A stretch of DNA of 56,624 bases from a virus. Its lineage: Duplodnaviria > Caudoviricetes. The stretch's first letter is position 1; the number at the start of each line of letters is the position of its first letter. Below the pieces are notes generated by a model. It saw nothing but the letters and a program-made list of their open reading frames with translations. It did no database searches and was not told the DNA's origin. A program made the position numbers and the translations under genes. Location: positions 1 to 56,624 of the IMG/VR virus record IMGVR_UViG_3300032250_000366. One strand, 5' to 3'. Shown here piece by piece: positions 19,851 to 28,583 of this stretch.

Positions 19851-20392
19851 ATAAATTTAATGTTGTAGATAAATTAGGGTCCTCTGTAATACATTTTTCA
19901 AATTGCTTAGATGACCCAGAAAAAATTGTATCTGCACTAGAATCTAAGCACTGGAAAGATGATAATACGCCTGAAAATAAGATAGGATCTATTGCGTTTT
20001 TTGGCGAATCAGAAATAGAGTACAAGCAAATACTTAGCGCTATGACTGAAGCAGCTACAATATTCCTATCTAGTACAAATAGAGATATTGCAGATTATGT
20101 TCCAGGGTTTAATTATGGGAAAGTAGTTAGATGGGAAACTAAATTTAAGGCCTTGCCTCGACACGTAGATGCTTGGAATGAAGATGGGGAGCGAATAACC
20201 CCAGATATAACATTAACTATGTATTTAACTAGTGATTATGATGGAGGGGAGATAGTTTTTAACTCTTTTGATAAAGCAATTAAGCCTATAGCTGGAGATA
20301 TAATAGCATTTGATTCCGACACCTGGCACAGCACAGAACCCTTCTTAGGTGGAAGAAGAATGACTAATTTGTTTTTCTTATTTAAAAAGTAG
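19847..20392 (+). CDS. 2OG-Fe(II) oxygenase, P4H-like (tandem paralogue A)
   Basis: HVD...MYLTSDYDGGE...WH...RR. Confidence 0.85.
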   Translation: MNKFNVVDKLGSSVIHFSNCLDDPEKIVSALESKHWKDDNTPENKIGSIAFFGESEIEYKQILSAMTEAATIFLSSTNRDIADYVPGFNYGKVVRWETKFKALPRHVDAWNEDGERITPDITLTMYLTSDYDGGEIVFNSFDKAIKPIAGDIIAFDSDTWHSTEPFLGGRRMTNLFFLFKK

Positions 20393-20410
20393 ATTGGATA
20401 TATTCATAAT

Positions 20411-20968
20411 ATGAATAGCTTTAATATTGTAGATAAAATAGATTCTTCCTTAATGCATATTTCAAATTGCTTAGAAGACCCAGAAAAAATTGTATCTGCT
20501 TTAAAGTCTAAAGAATGGAAAGAAGATCGTGCAGAAGATGGAAAGATTGGTCCATTTACATTTTTTAGAGAGCCAGAGATAGAGTATTATGAGATACTCG
20601 ATGCATTTATGCAGGCAGCAAAGTTGTTTCTGTCTAGCACAGATAAGGATATCGAAGACTACGAAAGAAGGCATCCATTCCACAGAGTAGTTAGCTGGGA
20701 AGTGTCTCCAAGCACATTAGTTCAACATCAAGACAGATGGGTTACTAAGGGTGAGCAGGTATCTCCAGAGATAAGTTTAAGCATGTACCTGACTGATGAT
20801 TATGATGGTGGAGAGCTGGTATTTAGTACCCTTGGTAAGAAAATTAAGCCTTCAGCTGGCGACATATTGGTCTTTGATTCTAATACTTTACATGGTACTG
20901 AGACATATTTAGGTGGAAGAAGAATGACTATTCAGTGTTTCCTATTTAAGAAAATAATTAATGAGTAA
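20411..20968 (+). CDS. 2OG-Fe(II) oxygenase, P4H-like (tandem paralogue B)
   Basis: HQD...MYLTDDYDGGE...LH...RR; shares SNCL-x-DPEKIVSAL with the previous gene. Confidence 0.85.
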   Translation: MNSFNIVDKIDSSLMHISNCLEDPEKIVSALKSKEWKEDRAEDGKIGPFTFFREPEIEYYEILDAFMQAAKLFLSSTDKDIEDYERRHPFHRVVSWEVSPSTLVQHQDRWVTKGEQVSPEISLSMYLTDDYDGGELVFSTLGKKIKPSAGDILVFDSNTLHGTETYLGGRRMTIQCFLFKKIINE

Positions 20969-21148
20969 GAATTGGGAAGATAAGTCCCAATGGATCACAA
21001 ACTGCCCAATATGCTACTGTGCAGTAACACACCAATTAAGAGACTATCATATACAATATCATGAAAATCAGGTCGCAATTAGTGAAGCGAAAAGTGAAGC
21101 GGTAGAGAGCATTTAGCCATTACATGGCACAAATGCTATAATACAGAT

Positions 21149-21361
21149 ATGGACAATACAATGGATTATTTATCAGATAACGAAGATGAAGACAAGTGGG
21201 ATAATATTGAAAAGGCATGCTGGAGGGGCTACACCCAAAGAGGCATGAAGGACAAAAATGGCAAGCAGGTGCCTAATTGTGTACCTATTGAAAAGGCGGA
21301 GGACTTATCTGAGGCGGGACAAATAGAGAAGTCACTCTGGAAAGGGGTATTCATTAAATAA
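21149..21361 (+). CDS. small protein with CWxGY...VPNCV motif
   Basis: KACWRGYTQRGMKDKNGKQVPNCVP; leaderless arrangement (TGCTATAAT-N6-ATG). Confidence 0.65.
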   Translation: MDNTMDYLSDNEDEDKWDNIEKACWRGYTQRGMKDKNGKQVPNCVPIEKAEDLSEAGQIEKSLWKGVFIK

Positions 21362-21535
21362 TGGGAATCCTAGATAACCTTGAAGCATACCTTGAATTAG
21401 ATGAATTATCCAATTTGGATATGACAGAAGATATTGATAAGGAATACTTAGATTAAGATAGAGTCAAGGCTTGGAAGCAAAGGCCTATACATATCAGGCT
21501 GCATAGATCAAGATCATTTACAAGCTATAAATTCA

Positions 21536-22039
21536 ATGAAAGAGTCATTGTATCAAGAAGAGAATATGCATTTTTACCTTTCTCTATTCAACATAGAAGT
21601 AAATAAAGACCTATTTGAGTATGCTACTGGAATGTTCCATGATGCAATCCTAGAATACTTTAATGAGTCTGGCAAAGATATATTAGATTATTTAGGATCT
21701 GATGTATATAAGATTAACTCATGGAAGACTGGAATAAGGCTAAATGAGCATGTGGACACCATCCAATATGGTGACTTAAATCAGTCAGCTGGTCCAAGAC
21801 CATCCATAAATGTACTTGCCTACTTGACTGATGACTACGAAGATGGAGAAATATTCTTTCCAGAAGTAGATGTGTCTATCAGGCCAAAAGCGGGTTCGGT
21901 GGTCATATTTGATTCTGATCTAATGCATGGAGTAAATGCAGTAAAGAGCGGGGAAAGAAGAACTATGTCCTCTAACCTATATAACATACACTCAGAAGAC
22001 ATAGAAGAGTTTAAGGCTAATGGGTGGAGAACTATATGA
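21536..22039 (+). CDS. 2OG-Fe(II) oxygenase, P4H-like
   Basis: HVD...AYLTDDYEDGEIFF...MHGV...ERR. Confidence 0.85.
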   Translation: MKESLYQEENMHFYLSLFNIEVNKDLFEYATGMFHDAILEYFNESGKDILDYLGSDVYKINSWKTGIRLNEHVDTIQYGDLNQSAGPRPSINVLAYLTDDYEDGEIFFPEVDVSIRPKAGSVVIFDSDLMHGVNAVKSGERRTMSSNLYNIHSEDIEEFKANGWRTI

Positions 22040-22143
22040 ATGAATTAGATTCATCTTGGGATAATGCACCAGATTGGTGCGATGATTGCAACTCAAATCC
22101 TGGAGAGAAATGTCCAGATTGTGGCTATACACATAATTGCTAG

Positions 22144-22172
22144 TTGACTAGGATTATATAGTATGCTATAAT
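22144..22172 (+). promoter_or_regulatory. sigma70-type promoter of the tRNA/ncRNA cluster
   Basis: TTGACT-N17-TATAAT with extended TG. Confidence 0.8.
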
Positions 22173-22182
22173 TAAATCCCAC

Positions 22183-22257
22183 AGCGGATTAGAGCAGTTC
22201 GGTTAGCTCGAAAGCCTCATAAGCTTTAGGTCATGGGTTCAAATCCCATATCCGCCA
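22183..22257 (+). tRNA. tRNA-Met(CAU), initiator-like
   Basis: A1-C72 mismatch, A11:U24, anticodon arm AAAGC-CTCATAA-GCTTT, GGTTCAAATCC. Confidence 0.88.
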
Positions 22258-22263
22258 CTCGGA

Positions 22264-22423
22264 GTATAGATCTGAACAATCTATGCAAAGATAGTTATAC
22301 TGAAACTTACACTGTCACCTGCATCATACGAAGGCGTTCAGGCTCATGGAGATTGCTCTGTGGTCGTGACTAGGTATAACAGCTAGCAGATGGTTTAGGT
22401 TAAGAGCCAAAGTCGTGGCTAGC
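22264..22423 (+). ncRNA. unannotated structured RNA between tRNA-Met and tRNA-Trp
   Basis: Helices GTATAGAT/ATCTATGC, GTTATACT/GGTATAAC, GTCAC/GTGAC, CATGGAG/CTCTGTG, GCTAGC/GCTAGC; no ORF in track. Confidence 0.5.
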
Positions 22424-22427
22424 AAAT

Positions 22428-22498
22428 ATCGTCTAAGTGTTATGGTAGCACTGCCGTCTCCAAAGCGGCAAGCCAAGGTTCGACTCCTTGAGACGGTG
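22428..22498 (+). tRNA. tRNA-Trp(CCA)
   Basis: Acceptor ATCGTCT/AGACGGT; GCCGT-CTCCAAA-GCGGC; GGTTCGACTCC. Confidence 0.9.
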
Positions 22499-22506
22499 CA
22501 GGAAAC

Positions 22507-22656
22507 GTTTGTATGGCAGACTATAGTTTAGCTAGCTACTAAACTGAACGTCGACTGCTTCCGCAAACTACAGGGGCAACTAGGAGTCTACTGTACCATC
22601 TCGTCGGGGGATGCGGTTAAAGGCCTTACAGTGTGGAATCTATAAACTGACCCGAC
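22507..22656 (+). ncRNA. unannotated structured RNA between tRNA-Trp and tRNA-Leu
   Basis: Helices GTTTGT/GCAAAC, GGCAG/CTGCT, AGTTTAG/CTAAACT, TACAG/CTGTA, GTCGGG/CCCGAC. Confidence 0.5.
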
Positions 22657-22658
22657 AT

Positions 22659-22732
22659 GCGTCAATAGCCCAACTGGTAGAGGCGTTAGTCTTAGGAACT
22701 AATGGTTGTAGGTTCGAGTCCTACTTGATGCA
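22659..22732 (+). tRNA. tRNA-Leu(UAG), short variable loop
   Basis: Acceptor GCGTCAA/TTGATGC; TTAGT-CTTAGGA-ACTAA; 5-nt variable region; GGTTCGAGTCC. Confidence 0.88.
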
Positions 22733-22733
22733 C

Positions 22734-22860
22734 GATATTAAGGTTGCGTGGCAGGCAAGTTAGGCTGACTCCCGACGGGGACAACTGGAGGACAACGGGC
22801 GATAGTAAATCCTCATATATCACGATCATTAGGTTAGTCTGCTCGTAGACCTATTGATCA
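22734..22860 (+). ncRNA. unannotated structured RNA downstream of tRNA-Leu(UAG)
   Basis: GATAT/ATATC closing AGG-TTGC/GTAA-AT-CCT, AGTT/AACT, TCCC-GACG-GGGA; then a GATCA-TTAGGT...ACCTA-TTGATC hairpin. Confidence 0.4.
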
Positions 22861-22948
22861 CATATTATGCTATATTGATCGCAATTAGTGAATCGGCGGC
22901 GGGAGAGACCAACTGGTCAGTACCTGACATAAATGCTATAATGAATAC

Positions 22949-23317
22949 ATGAAGAAGTATATGATTGCTGATCTGGTTAAGGCTATAGAGTCTGAAGAAG
23001 ACGTATATAATCGTAATCTCAACGAAGCTTTAATTCAATATAATAGAGACCCATTTACAGTAACTGGAACAAGTGTTACTAATTGGGGAACTAAAGAGAC
23101 GGCTACAAAAGAGACAGTAACACCAGAGCTAGACGAAGAATCACTAGGCACATATGAAGATATACTCAATGGAAACATAAACGACAATCCATCCTATGCC
23201 TTTGAAATCTTTGGATATTCATACGAGATTGACCTTGAGACTCTAGATGGATGGATCAATAGCCCCAAAATGAGCTATTACAATGCTAACATAAGGGTCA
23301 AACCAGATCCATTTTAG
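22949..23317 (+). CDS. hypothetical protein, leaderless
   Basis: ORF track; TGCTATAAT-N6-ATG. Confidence 0.65.
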   Translation: MKKYMIADLVKAIESEEDVYNRNLNEALIQYNRDPFTVTGTSVTNWGTKETATKETVTPELDEESLGTYEDILNGNINDNPSYAFEIFGYSYEIDLETLDGWINSPKMSYYNANIRVKPDPF

Positions 23318-23379
23318 GTCCTAACTCCTATATCCCCCTCCCATTTATCTTCCCTTATAGAGCCCTTAGAAGGCTTTTA

Positions 23380-23409
23380 AAGTGGAGTAATGTGGAGTAA
23401 AGTGGAGAA
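23380..23409 (+). repeat. three tandem 10-bp repeats (AWGTGGAGWA)
   Basis: aagtggagta-atgtggagta-aagtggagaa. Confidence 0.7.
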
Positions 23410-23869
23410 TATTTACTATAAATTCAGATCAATATACTATGGTTATACTTAGATAAACAATACTATGTAATGGGACATGAGAGTATCATATCGTAATCGT
23501 AATGTCAATAGCCCCATATGATTAATATGCAGCATATTCCAGCGATATTGTCAATAGCCCCGTAAATGGCATATTTGGCCCACATTGTCAACATAATTTG
23601 TATAACAATTTGATATAAATTTTGACAGATTCTGGCTATATTATGCCTAATTCATTATATGTTTTAATAGATAATATATTCATTTTATTATAATGTTCCC
23701 AATATTCCAGCGATTTTTAAAGCTTGGTCGTAAACAGATAATTTTGCCCACATGCCCATACAAAAAAAGATATCCACAGGACCTGTGTAGATCCTATGGA
23801 TATCTTGGGCTATATGATCAAGAGTAATACTCAGATAGTTATATCTTTTCGATCTGATCTATATGATGA

Positions 23870-24145
23870 CTATGCTTCTATTGGTTCAAAGTTAGAGATG
23901 TAATCATTTAGTCTGTCTGCCATAAATAGGGCTTCTGATGTAACCCCGTCTTCCCATGCATTATCAAACTGTCCCGCCGTCTGCTTAATGATTTCGACTA
24001 CTAACTCCATTATCTTAGCCTGAGCATAATGTCCTGAGTTATTTACTAAGGCACTTGCTAGGATACTTGGATTAAACCAATTATTATCCATAGCCTCGAT
24101 TAACTTGTCTGCTACTTTTGTTTCTGTTGATTGTGTTTTTGCCAT
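23870..24145 (-). CDS. hypothetical protein
   Basis: Start MAKTQSTE at 24145; upstream TTGACC-N17-TATAAT on - strand. Confidence 0.65.
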   Translation of the reverse strand: MAKTQSTETKVADKLIEAMDNNWFNPSILASALVNNSGHYAQAKIMELVVEIIKQTAGQFDNAWEDGVTSEALFMADRLNDYISNFEPIEA

Positions 24146-24191
24146 GTCCGCCCCTGTTCTTAACTCTCGATTATACCAAAAATAAGGAAGG

Positions 24192-24220
24192 GGGTCAAGG
24201 ACCAACGAAGCCCTGACCCC
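24192..24220 (-). terminator. hairpin after the Lsr2-like gene, overlapping the next -35
   Basis: GGGGTCAAGG...CCCTGACCCC inverted repeat. Confidence 0.55.
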
Positions 24221-24230
24221 GTCCCTGGTT

Positions 24231-24380
24231 TTACTTAGCCTTCTTAACAGGTGTCTCTGCAGTAAAGGTGATTCCCTTTGACTCTGCCTCAGCTAGAGCT
24301 ACCTTGGCTGCTCCTGAGAATCGACCACGTACGCCGACAGTAATGCCCTGCTGCTTTAGATATTCACGCTTTGTTGCCAT
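24231..24380 (-). CDS. stand-alone Lsr2-like DNA-binding peptide (49 aa)
   Basis: TKREYLKQQGITVGVRGRFS resembles the Lsr2 C-terminal IREWA-x3-G-x2-V-x2-RGRI motif; upstream TTTACA-N17-TATAAT. Confidence 0.6.
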   Translation of the reverse strand: MATKREYLKQQGITVGVRGRFSGAAKVALAEAESKGITFTAETPVKKAK

Positions 24381-24473
24381 TTGATAATCCCCTTTCAAGA
24401 GATAGTTGTTTTTTAAATTATAGCAACTTTCCACGGTTTTGTAAATAGTTGCCGTAAGCCTTTTTTCTTGCCC

Positions 24474-24614
24474 TTAAATTTGATCTACTTGTTCTACTCT
24501 ATCTCTAATTAGTTTAGAGATAATATTATGTGCTTCGATGTTCTCTGTTTCTGACCCACCCCATAACAAAGCTTGGGCCTTATTTAATTGATCATTAATA
24601 TATACATCACTCAT
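24474..24614 (-). CDS. hypothetical protein (46 aa)
   Basis: MSDVYINDQLNKAQALLWGGSETENIEAHNIISKLIRDRVEQVDQI. Confidence 0.5.
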   Translation of the reverse strand: MSDVYINDQLNKAQALLWGGSETENIEAHNIISKLIRDRVEQVDQI

Positions 24615-24921
24615 CTTCATCTTCTTCCTCCTCTTCTGCAAGCGGGTCCTTCATGTACCCGTTCTCCAACATCCATTCTTGTACATCTTCATAATGCTGT
24701 TCCGCCCCGTATTCCAGGGAAAACCCGTGCCCTGCTTCTACAGCCTTACATAGGTGGTCCCACATCTCATCCTCAGTGGAAACCATGGTCCAGTCTTCAC
24801 CACTCTCCATAAAGCCCTTAATGGTGCTCCATGTCCATAGCCACACCATAGATAGACCAAGGTCGGTGGTGCCTAGGATATCAATACATTCGTTTAGTTT
24901 ATCTTTATCTTCAGACTTCAA
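24607..24921 (-). CDS. acidic hypothetical protein
   Basis: TTG start after GGAG; poly-E/D tail. Confidence 0.6.
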   Translation of the reverse strand: MKSEDKDKLNECIDILGTTDLGLSMVWLWTWSTIKGFMESGEDWTMVSTEDEMWDHLCKAVEAGHGFSLEYGAEQHYEDVQEWMLENGYMKDPLAEEEEEDEDE

Positions 24922-25177
24922 TTTGTTCTCCAATCGCAAATGATAGTTGGTATGTTAGATTATATAGTTCTACTAAAGCGTCAAGATGTCCTTCAAGGTT
25001 CAATCTATCAACAGTCTGGTCATACTCTTCATCATCCTGATTTGTATATTCAGATAGTAATTGCTCGTCAATTAGCATTAGATTCTTTAGTTCTCCGTGC
25101 AAGATGTCAAGGCCTGATACACGTGCATTGACCATGCGCTGTAAATGGGGCGGGAGCCCAATGTCTTCTGGTGTCAT
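24911..25177 (-). CDS. hypothetical protein
   Basis: ORF track; AACGAAAGG leader. Confidence 0.65.
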   Translation of the reverse strand: MTPEDIGLPPHLQRMVNARVSGLDILHGELKNLMLIDEQLLSEYTNQDDEEYDQTVDRLNLEGHLDALVELYNLTYQLSFAIGEQIEV

Positions 25178-25407
25178 TATTCATACCTTTCGTTAGAAGA
25201 ATTCATTATATCAGTAGCCACTGACAAAAGATGACGGGTTGCCTGGATTTGTCCAACTATTTGATTATACTCATAGTCAAGAGCACGGAACTCATTTGAT
25301 TCTTGTTCCTCAAATAACTCCATCTCATCAGATAGTTTTTCCCTATCTTGTTCTAAACTAATTAGATGTAACTTCATGTACTCTAGAAACTTAGATGACT
25401 TAGTCAA
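25177..25407 (-). CDS. hypothetical protein; 3' end encodes the next promoter
   Basis: TTG start after GGAGG; LLSVATDIM codons spell TGTCAG-N10-TATAAT. Confidence 0.55.
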   Translation of the reverse strand: MTKSSKFLEYMKLHLISLEQDREKLSDEMELFEEQESNEFRALDYEYNQIVGQIQATRHLLSVATDIMNSSNERYE

Positions 25408-25557
25408 AATAACCCTCCGCCCATAGTCCTTGTAAAAAATCTTGTGCTTTCCACAAATTAGTATGCAAAGCTTTATAATCATCTGTATCAAGAACCTTTA
25501 GGGCTTCTTGGATTGCATCGATCATGTTATCTACATCTGTCATTTCATATCCTAACA

Positions 25558-25710
25558 CTATGCCACCTCGTATTCATGCAAATAGTTTAGTACATTGTGA
25601 ATAATGCAATCACAATCTTCCCCACCCATGTTATCCATAAAGTCTAGATGACTAAAGTTATCCTCATAGATTATATTAATTACTTTATCAAATAGTTCTA
25701 TTGTGCTCAT
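25558..25710 (-). CDS. hypothetical protein
   Basis: Start MSTIELF after GGAGG. Confidence 0.55.
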   Translation of the reverse strand: MSTIELFDKVINIIYEDNFSHLDFMDNMGGEDCDCIIHNVLNYLHEYEVA

Positions 25711-26480
25711 GCCTCCACCTTTTCTGTAGATTCCAATAATACCATGTGGGTCTGACATTTTTTCATAGCCTCTTCATCTCTCCATGAACCCTCGCTACAT
25801 TCAGAGCAGAATTGACCACAATCATTTTCGCAATAGTCAATGCAATCAAATGATTGGCAAGCATAGCAGCGAGTCTCGTATTCCATAATTTCTTTTACGT
25901 CACCACGGACAATCTCATACTCTCCACCCCAACCTGACTCCTCCTCGTACTCTAAGGTAAGCAGGCAGTTTGGAACAAGATTAGATAGTTTAGTTAGAAT
26001 AGTTACAGCAGGTGACCATGCAGTCTCATACTTATATACAAGCCAGTTGTCATCACCCTCAGACTTATATTCAATTAGTTCTGTGTTTGGATACTTGTCA
26101 TCATCTGATACAGCCACATCCCATTTAGTTCCCCAATTAGAATTGTTCCATGAGTACCAATCCTTTTGAGTCTTGGCAAACTCAACAGACTTAGCAAACC
26201 AATTAGGGTCCTTCATATCTACACCATCACGTGCAGGCTGGCAGGCATACTCCTCATCAGTAATGCCATCATCCTTATATGAATGAATGTTATAGAAAGC
26301 AAAGACAGGATTAGAATAAGTTACTTCTTTAATTTTGGTGGGGAAACCCATAGATGAAATATCACCCATACCATAAGTCTCTTGTGCTAATACAAAAGGC
26401 TTATTCAATCTATCCTTAATCATATCTACCTCAGACTTAGGTCCTTGAATAGTTAATGTGTTATACACCCAATTTGGCAT
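25707..26480 (-). CDS. DUF1281/YubB ferredoxin-like-domain protein
   Basis: MPNWVYNTLTI start, DWYSWNNSNWGTKWD, YETAWSPA motifs. Confidence 0.7.
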   Translation of the reverse strand: MPNWVYNTLTIQGPKSEVDMIKDRLNKPFVLAQETYGMGDISSMGFPTKIKEVTYSNPVFAFYNIHSYKDDGITDEEYACQPARDGVDMKDPNWFAKSVEFAKTQKDWYSWNNSNWGTKWDVAVSDDDKYPNTELIEYKSEGDDNWLVYKYETAWSPAVTILTKLSNLVPNCLLTLEYEEESGWGGEYEIVRGDVKEIMEYETRCYACQSFDCIDYCENDCGQFCSECSEGSWRDEEAMKKCQTHMVLLESTEKVEA

Positions 26481-26771
26481 ATTATATCCTTTCGTTGATA
26501 TGTGATAATTATACATTGGACCACTGACAAATGGAATACTATTTGGGTGTGTTTCACACCACATTTTGTATGCATGTGGTCAAAGTCATAAAATTCCAGG
26601 CGATTTGCTATTGACTTCTTAAAAGAAATATTTTACCCTTATTTTTTGCGGGCCGATCCAGATTTGTCAAGCTCTTATACAGGCTGCTATGGGTTCACCA
26701 ACGAAAGTAAAAGAACCATGCTTTATTTAACCCCTGGCCCAATGGACTGTTAGGGGCACCCTTGATTTAAT

Positions 26772-27167
26772 TTATGCTTCTACCCTAGAGTATTTATTAA
26801 TGAATGAGTCTAATGTAATTGTAAAGATGGGCTCATCCATCATGCCCTTGACCTTGGTATCTTCTTCCCACGAGGCTTCCTCATGAAGACTGAAGGTCCC
26901 TGAGCGCCAATCGATAACAGGAATTTTGTGCTCATTGTCTAGGATGTTATTAACTGTTAAGCCCCAGCCTGTAGTCTCATGCCAGTTGTCTCCAATTAGA
27001 TTAGAGATAACAATACGTGTTGCATATGATTCATCGGTCCAGCGAGGACGTGCCTTATCTACTGCCTCTGCAAGATTTGAAAGCATCTCGTGTCCAGCCC
27101 AGTGTCCATATAGAATAATCGTTTCATCATTAGATTGCTTGAATCCAAAGTTTGCTCTGTCGCCCAT
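26772..27167 (-). CDS. hypothetical protein
   Basis: MGDRANF...LYGHWAG ORF. Confidence 0.7.
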   Translation of the reverse strand: MGDRANFGFKQSNDETIILYGHWAGHEMLSNLAEAVDKARPRWTDESYATRIVISNLIGDNWHETTGWGLTVNNILDNEHKIPVIDWRSGTFSLHEEASWEEDTKVKGMMDEPIFTITLDSFINKYSRVEA

Positions 27168-27168
27168 T

Positions 27169-27378
27169 TTATTCCGCCGTTTCTAGTTGAGGTACCGCTT
27201 CTTCGATTTTGTTTAATTCTACCACTTCGTATGCGACCTTGTCAAGGCCTGCCTTGCTTGCGTTGTAATGGTGACCGCAAAAGAAAAGCTCACCATCTAC
27301 TAGTTTAACCATATACATAGCTTGAGCTGTGCCACATTGATCACAGCCAATCCATCTTGTTAAATCTTCTGTTGTCAT
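27169..27378 (-). CDS. small zinc-binding protein
   Basis: CDQCG...LFFCGHH. Confidence 0.65.
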   Translation of the reverse strand: MTTEDLTRWIGCDQCGTAQAMYMVKLVDGELFFCGHHYNASKAGLDKVAYEVVELNKIEEAVPQLETAE

Positions 27379-27522
27379 AGTGCCCCGCCTTCAATCATTT
27401 CGGAAAGACGGTCAAGAATCCAAGAGTCGATATCAGCAATATCAATCTCTGAAAGCTTCTCCATCATCTCTTCACGAGCAAACTTGTACCCGTCTTCAAA
27501 ACCATCTCTGTAATCTGACACT

Positions 27523-27738
27523 TTATCTCCTATTGTAAATTTCTGTTGGCTCGTAGTCTGATGTATAACTTTCAGTTAAATTATACTTATCACGAATACG
27601 ACTCACCTTCTCAATACTACCAGTTCCTACATTGAAAGTCAATGGTGACATTGCTACTGGGTCCAGCCCAGTTATCTGTGCATCCCAATAGGCTCTCTCC
27701 ATGGAGAGCCTATCAGGAGCGGTGAGTTCAAAGTACAT
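27523..27738 (-). CDS. hypothetical protein
   Basis: ORF track; TAATG coupling. Confidence 0.6.
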   Translation of the reverse strand: MYFELTAPDRLSMERAYWDAQITGLDPVAMSPLTFNVGTGSIEKVSRIRDKYNLTESYTSDYEPTEIYNRR

Positions 27739-28361
27739 TAGTATGCACCTTCCTCTACTCGGTCAATATCAAAGTTATTAATAGACATCTCTGATGCATA
27801 TGAATCAACAGTTAAGTTGTCCATAACAAACTGCTCAACGGCATCAAACGAATCTCCGCCAGTCAATTCAACCTCAACAGTTGCATCAACACGAACCCAA
27901 ACAGTTACTTCAATCTCCTTAGTTAAAGGAATGTCAAACATCTCTGCAATTTCCGTAAGCGCTTCTTGGTCATCTGAGTTCTCAAAGTTGTCGTGGATAA
28001 ATGTGCGAAGTTGTGATTCTTTCTTATACCACTCGTTCTGCTTATTTGTTAGGTTCTTATTAACCCAAACCATATGACGAATATCTGATTCAGTATAAGT
28101 CTTGTTGGTAACGACGTCGTTCTCAATCCAGTCAAGTGTCATAACCTGTGGTGTAGTTGTTTCTTCCATTGTTTCCTCTTTCGTTGTTGTTGAAGGTGCA
28201 ATTGTAGCATCGACCACTGACAAAAGGATGCAAGCGGTCCCACATCTGCATGTGAGGTCCATCACACCATTTGGCCATCCGTACCCATCTTTAAATGTAT
28301 ACTCGATCAATGCGTCGCAATCACCTGGGCATATCCATGTGTACTTTTGGTATGTTGTCAT
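27738..28361 (-). CDS. hypothetical protein with two in-frame starts (28361 leaderless; 28169 with own promoter and SD)
   Basis: MTTYQKYTWIC at 28361; MEETTTP at 28169. Confidence 0.6.
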   Translation of the reverse strand: MTTYQKYTWICPGDCDALIEYTFKDGYGWPNGVMDLTCRCGTACILLSVVDATIAPSTTTKEETMEETTTPQVMTLDWIENDVVTNKTYTESDIRHMVWVNKNLTNKQNEWYKKESQLRTFIHDNFENSDDQEALTEIAEMFDIPLTKEIEVTVWVRVDATVEVELTGGDSFDAVEQFVMDNLTVDSYASEMSINNFDIDRVEEGAY

Positions 28362-28467
28362 GACGAGAATTATACAGGACCACACTGACATTTGTCTATA
28401 GATTCCAGGGACTTTTTGATGTGACACTTAACACATTTTTTCGTCCCTAAGTATTGCGGGCATTTTG

Positions 28468-28541
28468 CGATCCATAACGGACTTGAACCGTCGACCTCTA
28501 CCGTGACAGGGTAGCGCTCTAACCAACTGAGCTAATGGACC
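28468..28541 (-). tRNA. tRNA-Asp(GUC)
   Basis: Acceptor GGTCCAT/ATGGATC; CTACC-CTGTCAC-GGTAG; GGTTCAAGTCC. Confidence 0.93.
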
Positions 28542-28548
28542 AATATGG

Positions 28549-28577
28549 TGAGCAGTTTTAAATCTTGCTCAGGATTT
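28549..28577 (-). ncRNA. small H-type pseudoknot motif, copy 2
   Basis: AAATC-C-TGAGCA-A-GATTT-AAAAC-TGCTCA. Confidence 0.6.
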
Positions 28578-28583
28578 TTTTAA

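Noticed and set aside
22258-22860. tmRNA, SRP RNA, hammerhead or HDV-like ribozyme identity for the tRNA spacers
   Set aside because: I could not find the diagnostic cores by eye, so they are left as unclassified structured RNAs pending a covariance-model search
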